A stretch of DNA of 64,000 nucleotides. Origin: an uncultured archaeon (lineage in GTDB: Archaea; Aenigmatarchaeota; Aenigmatarchaeia; QMZP01). Position numbers and translations under genes: made by a program. The notes under the pieces were generated by a model. The model was not told where the DNA came from, searched no databases, and saw only the letters and a list, made by a program, of their open reading frames with translations. Positions 19,418 through 28,894 of this stretch are shown here, in pieces. The stretch is taken from contig CAZAEI010000001.1 in assembly GCA_964484305.1 (NCBI GenBank), positions 26,936-90,935 on the forward strand. Direction: 5' to 3'. Positions within the stretch are counted from its first letter, which is position 1, and every line of letters begins with the position of its first letter.

Positions 19418-20884
19418 CTATTTCTTGAGTGAAAAAACGATGGTATCGAGCTTGGTCATCTCGTCTATGGAGTGGCCGATGCCCTCGCGGCCAAGGCCGG
19501 AGTCCTTGTCGCCGCCGAAGGGGAAGTTCCCCAGGCCGTGGGCCGGGTGGCCGTTGATTGTCACAGTGCCGTCCTCGAGGGCCCTGGCCGTCTTTATGGC
19601 CTTGTCGATGTCCTGGGTGAACACGCTGGCGTCCAGGCCATACCTGGACTGGTTGGCCACCCTGATGGCCTCTGCCTGGTCCCTGACCCTCATAATCGTG
19701 ACAACAGGGCCAAAGGTCTCCTCCCAGGCAATCCTCATGTCAGTGGTGACATGGTCTAGAACAGTGGGCGGGTAGTAGAGACCCTTCAGGCGCTTACCTC
19801 CCAGGAGGACTCTTGCTCCCTTCTCCCTGGCATCCCCCACAAGGGATTCCACCTTTTCAAGGGCCCCCCTGTTAATCAGGGGGCCTATCATGGTCTTGGG
19901 GTTCGGGGTCGGGCCGACCCTCCAGGACTTGGCGCCCCTGACCAGGAGCCTGGTGAATTTATCGGCTATCTTCTTTTCCACGATTATCCTGGAGAGGGCG
20001 TCGCACCTCTGGCCAGAGTACTTGAGCGCGCCGCTGAGGCATTCCCTGGTTGCCAGGTCGAGGTCAGCGTCCGCAAATACCAGGGCAGGGCCCTTGCCCC
20101 CAAGCTCCAGGTGGAGCTTCTTCATCCCGGCCTTGGTGGCTATGCGCTTTCCTACCTGGGTGCTGCCTGTGAAGGATATCATGTTTACCCTGGGGTGGGT
20201 TACAAGGAAGTCCCCTATCTCGGAGCTGGAGCCTGTTATGACATTGAAGACCCCCTTGGGAACCCCGGCCAGCTCGGCCAGCCTTGCGAACATGAGCATG
20301 CATATGGGGTCATCTGAGGCTGCCTTGAGGACAACGGAATTCCCGGCTGCCAGGGCAGGGGCCACCTTGGATATGCTTATGAAGAGCGGGTAGTTGAAGG
20401 GTGATATTGCAAGGACCACCCCGAGGGGTTTTCTGGTAACAATGGCCATCCTGTGTGAGGTCCCTGGAACCAGGTCCCCGGGGATGAACTCTGTTGAGAA
20501 CTTCCTGGCCTCCTCAGCTGCCAGGTGGAGCCTCTCGGCCGTAGCCTTAACCTCGCCCTCTGCGTAGTGGACTGGCTTTCCGGCCTCCCTGGATATGGTC
20601 TTTACAAGGTCGTTCCTGTGCTCCCTGACGAGCTCTGATATCCTGTCAAGGAGCTCCACCCTCTCCACGGTGTCCATGCCAGCTATTGCGGGTCTCGCCC
20701 TGAAGGCCGCGTTTACTGCGGCATCGGCGTCCTTCTTGAGCGCAGAGGGAACCCTTCCCACAAGGGAGCTGTCAGAGGGGTCCCTTACCTCAAAACTCTG
20801 CCCCCCAGAGGCCCTGACCCACCGGCCGCCAATGAACATCTTGTAATCTTTTCCGGCCCTCACGGGCTTCCAGATGTCTGCCAT
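19418..20884 (-). CDS. gapN: Aldehyde dehydrogenase family, probable non-phosphorylating GAPDH (GAPN)
   Basis: ISPFNYP, SFTGST, LELGGK, YSGQRCDA, WEETFGPV, HGLGNFPFGG; glycolytic gene context. Confidence 0.8.
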   Translation of the reverse strand: MADIWKPVRAGKDYKMFIGGRWVRASGGQSFEVRDPSDSSLVGRVPSALKKDADAAVNAAFRARPAIAGMDTVERVELLDRISELVREHRNDLVKTISREAGKPVHYAEGEVKATAERLHLAAEEARKFSTEFIPGDLVPGTSHRMAIVTRKPLGVVLAISPFNYPLFISISKVAPALAAGNSVVLKAASDDPICMLMFARLAELAGVPKGVFNVITGSSSEIGDFLVTHPRVNMISFTGSTQVGKRIATKAGMKKLHLELGGKGPALVFADADLDLATRECLSGALKYSGQRCDALSRIIVEKKIADKFTRLLVRGAKSWRVGPTPNPKTMIGPLINRGALEKVESLVGDAREKGARVLLGGKRLKGLYYPPTVLDHVTTDMRIAWEETFGPVVTIMRVRDQAEAIRVANQSRYGLDASVFTQDIDKAIKTARALEDGTVTINGHPAHGLGNFPFGGDKDSGLGREGIGHSIDEMTKLDTIVFSLKK

Positions 20885-20912
20885 ACCATCAGTTAATATT
20901 TGGATGGGGTCT

Positions 20913-20972
20913 GTTATAAGCTTTGGTTCCAGGGCTGCCAAAGATATATATATCTGCAGGGGGAATTATAAC
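20913..20972. promoter_or_regulatory. Divergent promoter between gapN and fbp
   Basis: Perfect palindrome AGATATATATATCT 20942-20955; inverted GTTATAA (20913) / TTATAAC (20966). Confidence 0.55.
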
Positions 20973-20974
20973 CC

Positions 20975-22084
20975 ATGGCAGAGAACAGGATTACTCTTTC
21001 TGTGGTGAAAGCTGACATTGGTTCAATAGGCGGCCATATCAAGCCGAGCCAGGAGCTAATCAATACTGTCAGGAAGCATGTCGAGGAGAGCGGGGCAGGC
21101 CTGCTCAGGGACTTCTGTGTGAGCTCAACGGGAGATGACATTGCAATACTCATGACCCATGACCATGGCAAGGCCAGCAAGGATGTGCATAAGCTGGCCT
21201 GGGACGCCTTCCTGGAAGGGACAGAGGTTGCCAAGGAGCAGGGCCTCTATGGAGCAGGCCAGGACCTGCTCAAGAGCTCGTTCTCTGGGAACGTAAAGGG
21301 TATGGGGCCTGCTGTGTGCGAGATGGAGATAAGGGAGAGGCCGAACGAGCCCTTCCTGTTCTTTGCAGCAGACAAGACCGACCCGGGGGCCTACAACCTT
21401 CCGCTCTTCCTGAGTTTCTCTGACCCAATGCACTGCGCAGGGCTCCTGCTTTCCCCGAAACTGAACAAGGGATTCACGTTCAATGTAATGGATGTAAACC
21501 ACACCAAAGGCGACAGGGTGATACCACTCAATACCCCGGAGGAGATATACGATCTCGCGGCCCTTTTACGGGATAATGAAAGGTTTGTAGTGGAGTCCAT
21601 CTTCACGAGGTCCTCGAATGAGCAGGCTGCTGTAGTGAGCACCACCAGATTGCACAACATCGCAGGCAAGTACACAGGAAAGGACGACCCTGTAATGCTT
21701 GTGAGAACCCAGAAGAACTTTCCTGCAACAGGGGAGGTCCTCTCACCGTACAACATAGGCCACCTTGTGGCGGGCTTCATGAGAGGCTCCCATGTAGGGC
21801 CGCTCATGCCAGTGAAGCTCAACTCGACAATATCGTACTTTGACGGCCCGCCCGTGGTGACATGCGCTGCGTTCTGCATGCACAATGGCAAGCTGACAGA
21901 GCCAGTGGATGCATTTGACCATCCCTACTGGGACTATGTAAGAGGGGAAGTCTCAAGGAAGGCCACTGATATCAGGAGGCAGGGATTCTCTGGCGCAGCC
22001 ATGCTCCCATACAGCGAGCTCGAGTACGGGGGGATAGTTGATATACTCAAGAGGCTTGACAAGAGGTTCAGCATAAAGAAGTAA
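20975..22084 (+). CDS. fbp: Fructose-1,6-bisphosphate aldolase/phosphatase (class V)
   Basis: SVVKADIGSIGGH, GDDI, LYGAGQDLL, GNVKGMGP, YTGKDDPV, MRGSH, FDGPP. Confidence 0.96.
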   Translation: MAENRITLSVVKADIGSIGGHIKPSQELINTVRKHVEESGAGLLRDFCVSSTGDDIAILMTHDHGKASKDVHKLAWDAFLEGTEVAKEQGLYGAGQDLLKSSFSGNVKGMGPAVCEMEIRERPNEPFLFFAADKTDPGAYNLPLFLSFSDPMHCAGLLLSPKLNKGFTFNVMDVNHTKGDRVIPLNTPEEIYDLAALLRDNERFVVESIFTRSSNEQAAVVSTTRLHNIAGKYTGKDDPVMLVRTQKNFPATGEVLSPYNIGHLVAGFMRGSHVGPLMPVKLNSTISYFDGPPVVTCAAFCMHNGKLTEPVDAFDHPYWDYVRGEVSRKATDIRRQGFSGAAMLPYSELEYGGIVDILKRLDKRFSIKK

Positions 22085-22132
22085 CGTGTTCTTACTGTCG
22101 TTTTTTAATATCCCTGGTTATAATTATTTACA

Positions 22133-24427
22133 ATGAAAACCAGGTTCGTTCTGTGGTTCGAGGAGATAGGCAGAGGGGATGTCAACCTTGTTGGCGGGAA
22201 GTGTGCCAGCCTCGGTGAGCTCTCCAGGAAGACAGGAGTGCCCACGCTTCCCGGGTTTGCAATAACAGCGGATGCCTACAGCCATTTTCTTGAGAAGGCC
22301 AGGCTCAGGGATTTCATAAGGAAGTCCCTGGAGGGCCTGGACACCCACAACCTCAGGGACCTTGCCAGGAGGGGCAAGGCCATAAGGAGAAGGATTTCGG
22401 CGGCGGCCATTCCGCCAGAGATTGACGGGGAGATAAAGAGGGCCTACCAGAGGCTCGGAGCAAGACTGGGAATAGCGAACCCCTATGTGGCAGTGAGGTC
22501 ATCTGCCACTGCCGAGGACCTTCCCGGTGCGAGCTTTGCAGGCCAGCAGGAGACCTATCTCAATGTGGAGGGGGAGGCAGACCTTATAAACAAGGTCAAG
22601 CTCTGCATAGCATCGCTCTTTACAGACAGGTCGATATCCTACAGGGTGGATAAGGGCTTCGACCACCTCAAGGTCAAGCTCTCTGTGGGGGTCCAGAAGA
22701 TGGGGAGAAGCGACATTGGCTCTGCAGGGGTGATGTTCACCATAGACCCTGACTCGGGTTTTGACAAGGTCGTGGTCATAAACGGCTCCTATGGACTGGG
22801 TGAATACCTTGTTCAGGGCAAGATCATTCCGGATGAGTTCATGGTATTCAAGCCCACAATGAAGCTCCTGGAAAGGATTCTGGGAAAAAAGAGGATAAAG
22901 CTGGTCAGGGGCGGACGGGGCAACATCGAGGAGAGGGTTAGCCCAGAGGACCAGGCCGAGTTCTGCCTCACTGACGAGCAGGTAGTGGAGCTTGCAAGAC
23001 ACGCTGTCAGCATAGAGAAGCACTACAAGTCCCCCATGGACATCGAGTGGGTGCTGGACGGGGAATCCGGTAAGATGTACATAGTCCAGGCCAGGCCTGA
23101 GACCGTCTACTCCCAGAAAAAAAAGAACATAATAAAGGATTATGTCCTCAAGGAGGAGGGCAAGCTCCTTCTGGCAGGCACGGCAATAGGGAGGAAGATA
23201 GGTGTGGGAAGGGTCAATGTCATTAAGAGCACCAGGCATATTAACAGGTTCAAGGTTGGTGAGGTCCTGGTCACTGACATGACTGACCCTGACTGGGAGC
23301 CCATCATGAAGATGGCCTCTGCAATAATAACCAATAAAGGGAGTAAGACCTCGCACGCAGCGATTGTATCCAGGGAGCTTGGGGTGCCCTGCATCGTAGG
23401 GACACTGAACGCAACAGATGTCCTGAAGAACGGCCAGGAGTTGACAGTGGACTGCTCAACAGGCCAGGGCAGGATATTCAGGGGCTTCATGAAGTTCGAG
23501 GTTCTGGAAAAGGATGTCAGCAGGATTCCCAGGACAAGGACCAGGGTGATGATTAACACAGGAGAGCCCAACAAGGCGTTCAGCCTTGCAAGGCTCCCTG
23601 TGGATGGGGTGGGCCTCGCAAGGGAGGAGTTCATAATATCCAGCTATGTTGGCGAGCATCCCCTTCACCTCCTCAATACAGGCCAGGGAGGGAGGTACAT
23701 AGACGCCCTGGCCAGGGGCATAGGCAAGATAGCGGCTGCATTCTATCCGAGGCCGGTGATAGTGAGGCTCTCGGACTTCAAGTCAGATGAGTATGCAAAC
23801 CTAAAGGGTGGGAGGGAATTCGAGCCCGAGGAGGCAAACCCCATGATAGGGTGGAGGGGGGCCTCCAGGTACACTGACAAGGTCTTCTACCTCGCATTCG
23901 AGCTGGAGTGCAGGGCCCTGAAGAGGGTGAGGGAGAAGATGGGTCTCAAGAATATTATAGTTATGGTTCCATTCTGCAGGACCCCTGAGGAGGGCAGGGA
24001 TGTCCTCAAGATGATGTCCAGGTTCGGCCTCACCAGGAAGGCTGGCTGGAGGTTCTATGTTATGGCAGAGATACCCAGCAACATCATCCTTGCGGAGGAG
24101 TATGCCAGGATATTCGACGGCTTCAGCATAGGGAGCAACGACCTCACCCAGCTCACCCTGGGTCTGGACAGGAACTCCCAGAGACTGCAGTACCTCTTTG
24201 ATGAGAGGCACCCGGCTGTAAAGAAGTCCATAAGTATGCTTATAGAGAAGGCGCATAAGAACAGGCCCCCCAGGCCAGTGGGGATATGCGGGGAGGCCCC
24301 GTCAAACTACCCTGACTTCACGGAGTTCCTGGTTAAGGAAGGCATAGACGCAATTTCAGTTGAGCCTGACATGGCCCTGAAGACCATCCTCCTGGTGAAC
24401 AGGGTGGAGAAGAGGCTCAGGAAGTAG
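22133..24427 (+). CDS. ppsA: Phosphoenolpyruvate synthase
   Basis: VGGKCASLGEL, VRSSATAEDLP, SFAGQQET, TSHAAIVSRELG, SIGSNDLTQ, GICGEAPS. Confidence 0.96.
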   Translation: MKTRFVLWFEEIGRGDVNLVGGKCASLGELSRKTGVPTLPGFAITADAYSHFLEKARLRDFIRKSLEGLDTHNLRDLARRGKAIRRRISAAAIPPEIDGEIKRAYQRLGARLGIANPYVAVRSSATAEDLPGASFAGQQETYLNVEGEADLINKVKLCIASLFTDRSISYRVDKGFDHLKVKLSVGVQKMGRSDIGSAGVMFTIDPDSGFDKVVVINGSYGLGEYLVQGKIIPDEFMVFKPTMKLLERILGKKRIKLVRGGRGNIEERVSPEDQAEFCLTDEQVVELARHAVSIEKHYKSPMDIEWVLDGESGKMYIVQARPETVYSQKKKNIIKDYVLKEEGKLLLAGTAIGRKIGVGRVNVIKSTRHINRFKVGEVLVTDMTDPDWEPIMKMASAIITNKGSKTSHAAIVSRELGVPCIVGTLNATDVLKNGQELTVDCSTGQGRIFRGFMKFEVLEKDVSRIPRTRTRVMINTGEPNKAFSLARLPVDGVGLAREEFIISSYVGEHPLHLLNTGQGGRYIDALARGIGKIAAAFYPRPVIVRLSDFKSDEYANLKGGREFEPEEANPMIGWRGASRYTDKVFYLAFELECRALKRVREKMGLKNIIVMVPFCRTPEEGRDVLKMMSRFGLTRKAGWRFYVMAEIPSNIILAEEYARIFDGFSIGSNDLTQLTLGLDRNSQRLQYLFDERHPAVKKSISMLIEKAHKNRPPRPVGICGEAPSNYPDFTEFLVKEGIDAISVEPDMALKTILLVNRVEKRLRK

Positions 24428-24824
24428 GATAAAGGGACAGAACCTTATCTCTGATGATATCTCTTATCTCCCTGATTTTACGGATATCCTTATTATGCGG
24501 GTCCTCTATGTCCCAAAAAGTAACCTTTTCGGATTCCTTCATGTATTCGGGGCAGACATCCCTCCTGGCCATGAAAAGGCATCTGTCGCAATCGTCAAAC
24601 ATATCCCTTGTCAGGAGTTTGGGTCTCTGGCCTGAAATGTCTATCCCGGCCTCAGACATGAGCTTGATTAACCCGTCCGGCAGGATTTTGTATCTTTCTG
24701 CTGCATGCGGATTCAATCCTGCGCTGGATGCAGAGCTAAAACCACTATAAAACTTGTTATGGAAACCCTCTGCCATCTGGCTCCTGCCTACATTCCCGCT
24801 GCATATATAAAGAACCCTTTCCAT
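24417..24824 (-). CDS. Low-molecular-weight phosphatase / arsenate reductase (ArsC-like)
   Basis: CSGNVGRSQMAE P-loop, SAG, WDIEDP. Confidence 0.88.
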   Translation of the reverse strand: MERVLYICSGNVGRSQMAEGFHNKFYSGFSSASSAGLNPHAAERYKILPDGLIKLMSEAGIDISGQRPKLLTRDMFDDCDRCLFMARRDVCPEYMKESEKVTFWDIEDPHNKDIRKIREIRDIIRDKVLSLYPTS

Positions 24825-24857
24825 GCAAAAACAATGACCATAAAGAATAAAAGCAGA

Positions 24858-25352
24858 TTATTTCTTGAGTATATCTGCGTGCCTCATTATCCTCTTATAG
24901 GTCTGGTCAAGGGTCTCGGGCATGACCTTGGTACCCATCAGGGATTCCATGAAGCCGGCCTCCTTTGCATACCTCGGGACTATCTGGAAGTGCAGGTGGG
25001 TTATTGACTGTCCGGAGGAGCTTCCAAGGTTCATGCCTGCATTGAATCCCACCGGGCTGAGGGCCTTCCTGAGGAGCCTGATTGTTCTCTTAATCATGTC
25101 ACAGAAATGGGTGAACTCCTCTTCAGTGAGCTGCTCAGGCCACTCAACGTGGCGGAGAGGCACGACCTGGAGGTGGCCCACATTGTAGGGAAAGATGTTC
25201 ATGATGACCATGAGCAGACTGTCCCTGTATATAACCTTCTTGGGAACCCTGGGGTCGTCCCTGGCAATGCCGCAGAAGACACAGCCCTTGTAGGGCTTCC
25301 TCTTTCCGACCCACTTCATCCTGCCTGGTGACCAGAGATAGTCCCTGTACAT
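24858..25352 (-). CDS. HIT-family protein, HxHxQ (Ap4A phosphorylase-like) type
   Basis: CVFC, NIFPYNVGH, GFNAGMNLG, HLHFQIVPR. Confidence 0.88.
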   Translation of the reverse strand: MYRDYLWSPGRMKWVGKRKPYKGCVFCGIARDDPRVPKKVIYRDSLLMVIMNIFPYNVGHLQVVPLRHVEWPEQLTEEEFTHFCDMIKRTIRLLRKALSPVGFNAGMNLGSSSGQSITHLHFQIVPRYAKEAGFMESLMGTKVMPETLDQTYKRIMRHADILKK

Positions 25353-25353
25353 G

Positions 25354-26019
25354 CTAACCAAACCCCTTTAACAATTCCTTGACTGCACGCTCCGGCCTGG
25401 GTGACTTGATCACAGAGGAGGCGACCAAAACCCCACATGTCCCGAGCTCCAGGGCCCTGGAAACATCCTCACCTGTTGATATGCCTGCGCCGCACAGCAC
25501 CCTGTTTCTGGGGTTGGCCCTGCGGGCAATCTCCACTGACCTGCCTATCACATGGGGCTTGGCCTGGGAGACCGAAACCCCTGTCCCTATTAGCTCAGGG
25601 GGCTCGACTGCAATGTAGTCTGGCTTCATGGCCGCTATCCTGCTCACCATGACTGTATAGGGAGCACAGCACACTGTTGTTAACTTATTCTCCCTGGCCC
25701 TTTTTATCCGTTCCCCTATCTCATGGAGGTTCAGGCGCCTCTCAGAGTGGTTTATCAGGGTCCCGCTTGCTCCGGCCGCCTTCACGGCTTCTGGGAGTAT
25801 ATGCCCTGTATGGGCACCGGGCCTGACTGCATCGATATGCTGGGCAAATGTGGGGGTTATTTTGGAAACTGGTGCTATGTCCGGGGGCTGGACAGAAAGG
25901 ATAATCTCTGCCATGGATGTTCTGGAGAGCCTCCTGCATATTTGTGCAAGCCTGAGGGCATGCCTGCCGATGCCCTGCCCGTAGGCCTTGGTGTTGATAA
26001 GAAGGATGTACTTCTTCAT
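25354..26019 (-). CDS. tpiA: Triosephosphate isomerase (archaeal type)
   Basis: NTKAY, AQHID, NHSERR, AVEPPELIG, GAGIS, GVLVAS. Confidence 0.95.
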   Translation of the reverse strand: MKKYILLINTKAYGQGIGRHALRLAQICRRLSRTSMAEIILSVQPPDIAPVSKITPTFAQHIDAVRPGAHTGHILPEAVKAAGASGTLINHSERRLNLHEIGERIKRARENKLTTVCCAPYTVMVSRIAAMKPDYIAVEPPELIGTGVSVSQAKPHVIGRSVEIARRANPRNRVLCGAGISTGEDVSRALELGTCGVLVASSVIKSPRPERAVKELLKGFG

Positions 26020-26079
26020 TGTTATATTAATATCCCAGCTGCTTAATAAAACCCCGTGGATTGCCCTGCCCTGGGAATC

Positions 26080-26286
26080 CTATTTCTTAAGTTTCTCCAG
26101 AAGCCTTCGTTTCACAAGGGGCCCGCGCTCTTTCCTGGCGCGCTCGCCGGCAAGCTTTATCAGTCCCAGACCTATAACCATGGAGCCAAACAAGAGGTTG
26201 AAGGTAGTTGCCTCCTCGAAGATAAGCAGCAGGGCAAGCATTGCGGTAATGACAAACCACAACCAGAAGAGTTTGTCCCACATCAT
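26080..26286 (-). CDS. Small hypothetical membrane protein (2 TM, basic tail)
   Basis: 68-aa ORF overlapping the upstream ORF by 4 nt. Confidence 0.6.
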   Translation of the reverse strand: MMWDKLFWLWFVITAMLALLLIFEEATTFNLLFGSMVIGLGLIKLAGERARKERGPLVKRRLLEKLKK

Positions 26287-26468
26287 TTCCCCCCCAGAAC
26301 CTTCAAAACAGACTTATCCATCTTGATGCCGCTCTGCCTGGCGGCCTTGAGCGATGCAAGCTCCCTCTCAAGTCGCCTGATGGCCCCTTCATGCTCTTTA
26401 AGGCGCCTGTTCAGGGCAGTCACCAGCTCGTCCAGAAACGCCTCGAGGTCTATTTTCTCGTCTGACAT
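26283..26468 (-). CDS. Small hypothetical coiled-coil protein
   Basis: 61 aa; heptad-like LKEHEGAIRRLERELASLK. Confidence 0.6.
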   Translation of the reverse strand: MSDEKIDLEAFLDELVTALNRRLKEHEGAIRRLERELASLKAARQSGIKMDKSVLKVLGGK

Positions 26469-26539
26469 AGCATTTCTTTTAGTAAATAGAGGAAAGCTTT
26501 TTTAGCCTACCAGGCCCCTCCAGGCTTAAGGGGGAGCCA

Positions 26540-26743
26540 TCAGATGAGCTCGAACTTGCCCTTCACTGACTTCGGGTTGATGGGCCGGACCTTTCCCTCC
26601 CTGGCCAGCCAGCCGAGCCCCATGCTGACCTCCTTCAGGGTCAGACCAGTAGTCTTCTGGAGCTGGGTCAGGGTGTTGCTGCCCTTGCTGAGGGCCTCCC
26701 AGACCCTTCCGGCATTGACCCCAAAGTATTCATTAGCCTCCAT
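26540..26743 (-). CDS. Winged helix-turn-helix protein (DUF2582-like)
   Basis: FGVNAGRVWEAL...GLGWLAREGKV signature; GGAGG RBS before ATG 26743. Confidence 0.85.
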   Translation of the reverse strand: MEANEYFGVNAGRVWEALSKGSNTLTQLQKTTGLTLKEVSMGLGWLAREGKVRPINPKSVKGKFELI

Positions 26744-26744
26744 G

Positions 26745-27488
26745 TCAACCTCCAAGAAATTCCTCAGTAAGCCGCTGGTAGGCATAAGCCCCCCGGCTCT
26801 CCTTGTTGTAGAGCATAATGGGCATGTTGCTTCTCGGTGCCTCGGCAAGGTCCACATTTATGGGTATCACTGTATCAAAGACTCCCCTTCCATAGACCTT
26901 CCTAATCTCCCCCTCCATCCTGGCTGTGAGGTTGTTTCTCCTGTCGTGCATGGTGAGGACGTAGCCCCTCACCGACAGCCCGGGGTTTATCTCCCTCTTC
27001 ACCATATTCACGGTGTTCATGAGCTGCTCCACACCCCTGGTGGCCAGGTGGTGGACCTGCACAGGAACGAGAACAGAGTCAGATGCAGTAAGCGCATTCA
27101 CAGTAAGCATGCCCAGGGAGGGTGGGGTGTCTATCAGAACATAGTCATATGCATGGCTCTTGAGCTTCCTCTTGAGCTTGAACTGCATGCCGGGGTCGTT
27201 CATAATCTCGACCTGGGCGGCGCTCAGTTTCTGGCTGGCTGGCACAAGGTGGAGGTTCTTTATGCTGGTTGGAACAGCCACGTCCCTTAGCCTGGTCCTG
27301 TCATCGGCCAGGAGCATACTGGAATCCCTTTTGTGCGGCCTGCCTGAGAGATACTCCGTGGTATTGGCCTGGGGATCGAGGTCAAGAACCAGAACCTTCT
27401 TGCCTCTCTGGGCAAGACTGGATGCAAGATTGACGCACAAATCTGTTTTTCCGACACCGCCCTTCTGATTTGCAACAGTGATTATCAT
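26745..27488 (-). CDS. ParA/Soj family ATPase
   Basis: NQKGGVGKT deviant Walker A, DLDPQAN, IDTPPSLG, NVDLAEAP. Confidence 0.95.
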   Translation of the reverse strand: MIITVANQKGGVGKTDLCVNLASSLAQRGKKVLVLDLDPQANTTEYLSGRPHKRDSSMLLADDRTRLRDVAVPTSIKNLHLVPASQKLSAAQVEIMNDPGMQFKLKRKLKSHAYDYVLIDTPPSLGMLTVNALTASDSVLVPVQVHHLATRGVEQLMNTVNMVKREINPGLSVRGYVLTMHDRRNNLTARMEGEIRKVYGRGVFDTVIPINVDLAEAPRSNMPIMLYNKESRGAYAYQRLTEEFLGG

Positions 27489-27638
27489 GTTTTATATTAT
27501 TATACGGCCTGGCTTAAATGTTTTCACTGGAATTGAGCACAAATCGCTGTTTTTGTTTAAACAAAGCTTTATCTTGGCCGGGGGGTATAATATAACTATA
27601 CATGATCAGCGTCGGGTGCGGATTAGATGGAGTAGGAA

Positions 27639-28838
27639 ATGAAGGTATTGATGTTGGGGTGGGAATTCCCCCCCTTTAGTTCTGGCGGTCTGGGCACGCA
27701 TTGCTATAACATCACAAGGGCCCTGAGCAAGAGGGGTGTGGATGTAACCTTTGTCATGCCCGGCTCCTCTGATGACGTGCACTCTGATTTTGTCAGGATA
27801 ATCAGTGCAGGAAAACAGAAGCTGATAAAGGTCGGGGTCTCCCTCAAGCCCTACCTGCCGAGCCTTCCGATAACAGCGGCCAGGAATTCCAGGGTTAGCA
27901 ACGACAAGGTTTACGGGTATGGGTTCTTTGAGGACGTCCGCAGGTATACAGAGATGGCCTCCCAGGCAGTCAGGGATGTGGATTGCGATGTGATTCACTG
28001 CCATGACTGGATGACCTTCCCTGCGGGGATAAGGGCAAAGGAGGAGAAGGAGAAACCACTTGTTGTCACCGTACACTCCACTGAATTCGACAGGAGCGGC
28101 TCGCTGTGCCCCAACCCATGGATATCGGATATCGAGTGGAAGGGGATGTACCACGCTGACAGGGTTATTACTGTCAGCAGATACATGAAGAACCAGATTA
28201 TGGAGAGGTATGGTGTGCCCGGGGACAAGATAGAGGTTGTCCACAATTCAATCGATATGGGGCGCTACTCAAAAAGGAAAATCCGGTTCGGTCTTGACGA
28301 GAAGATTGTGCTCTTCCTGGGAAGGCTGACCCTCCAGAAGGGACCCGACTACTTCCTCCGGGCAGCCAAGAGGGTCCTGGATAATTATAAGAGCGTCAGG
28401 TTCATTGTGGTGGGAACAGGGGATATGCTTCCCCAGCTTATTGATTCAAGTATAAATATGGGCATAAGCAACAGGGTTATATTCACCGGTTTCCAGGAAG
28501 AGATAGATGATTACTACAGAATGGCTGACCTCTATGTGATGCCCTCGGTATCAGAGCCCTTTGGCATAACCGCCCTGGAGGCCATGGCCTCGGAAACACC
28601 CGTCATAGTTTCCAGGCAGTCCGGGGTCTCAGAGGTTGTAAACCACAAGCTCTCTGTTGATTTCTGGGATGTAGACGAACTCGCGAGCAAGATGCTGGGA
28701 ACCCTCAGGTATGAATGCGTCAGGAGGGAGATGGGCAGCAACGGCCACAGGGAGGTCAGCAGGATGAGCTGGCTTGACGTGGCAGACAGGACCATGGAGG
28801 TCTATTCAGAAACCATGAAGTGCCACCCAGCAGGTTGA
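27639..28838 (+). CDS. Glycosyltransferase family 4 (glycogen-associated)
   Basis: GWEFPPFSSGGLG, HCHDWMT, HSTEFDR, QKGPDYF, PSVSEPFGITALEA. Confidence 0.92.
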   Translation: MKVLMLGWEFPPFSSGGLGTHCYNITRALSKRGVDVTFVMPGSSDDVHSDFVRIISAGKQKLIKVGVSLKPYLPSLPITAARNSRVSNDKVYGYGFFEDVRRYTEMASQAVRDVDCDVIHCHDWMTFPAGIRAKEEKEKPLVVTVHSTEFDRSGSLCPNPWISDIEWKGMYHADRVITVSRYMKNQIMERYGVPGDKIEVVHNSIDMGRYSKRKIRFGLDEKIVLFLGRLTLQKGPDYFLRAAKRVLDNYKSVRFIVVGTGDMLPQLIDSSINMGISNRVIFTGFQEEIDDYYRMADLYVMPSVSEPFGITALEAMASETPVIVSRQSGVSEVVNHKLSVDFWDVDELASKMLGTLRYECVRREMGSNGHREVSRMSWLDVADRTMEVYSETMKCHPAG

Positions 28839-28894
28839 GTGTCTTCGGCTCGGTCAAGTATAAATTGAGCCAAGATAATATTTTAGTGGATTCA

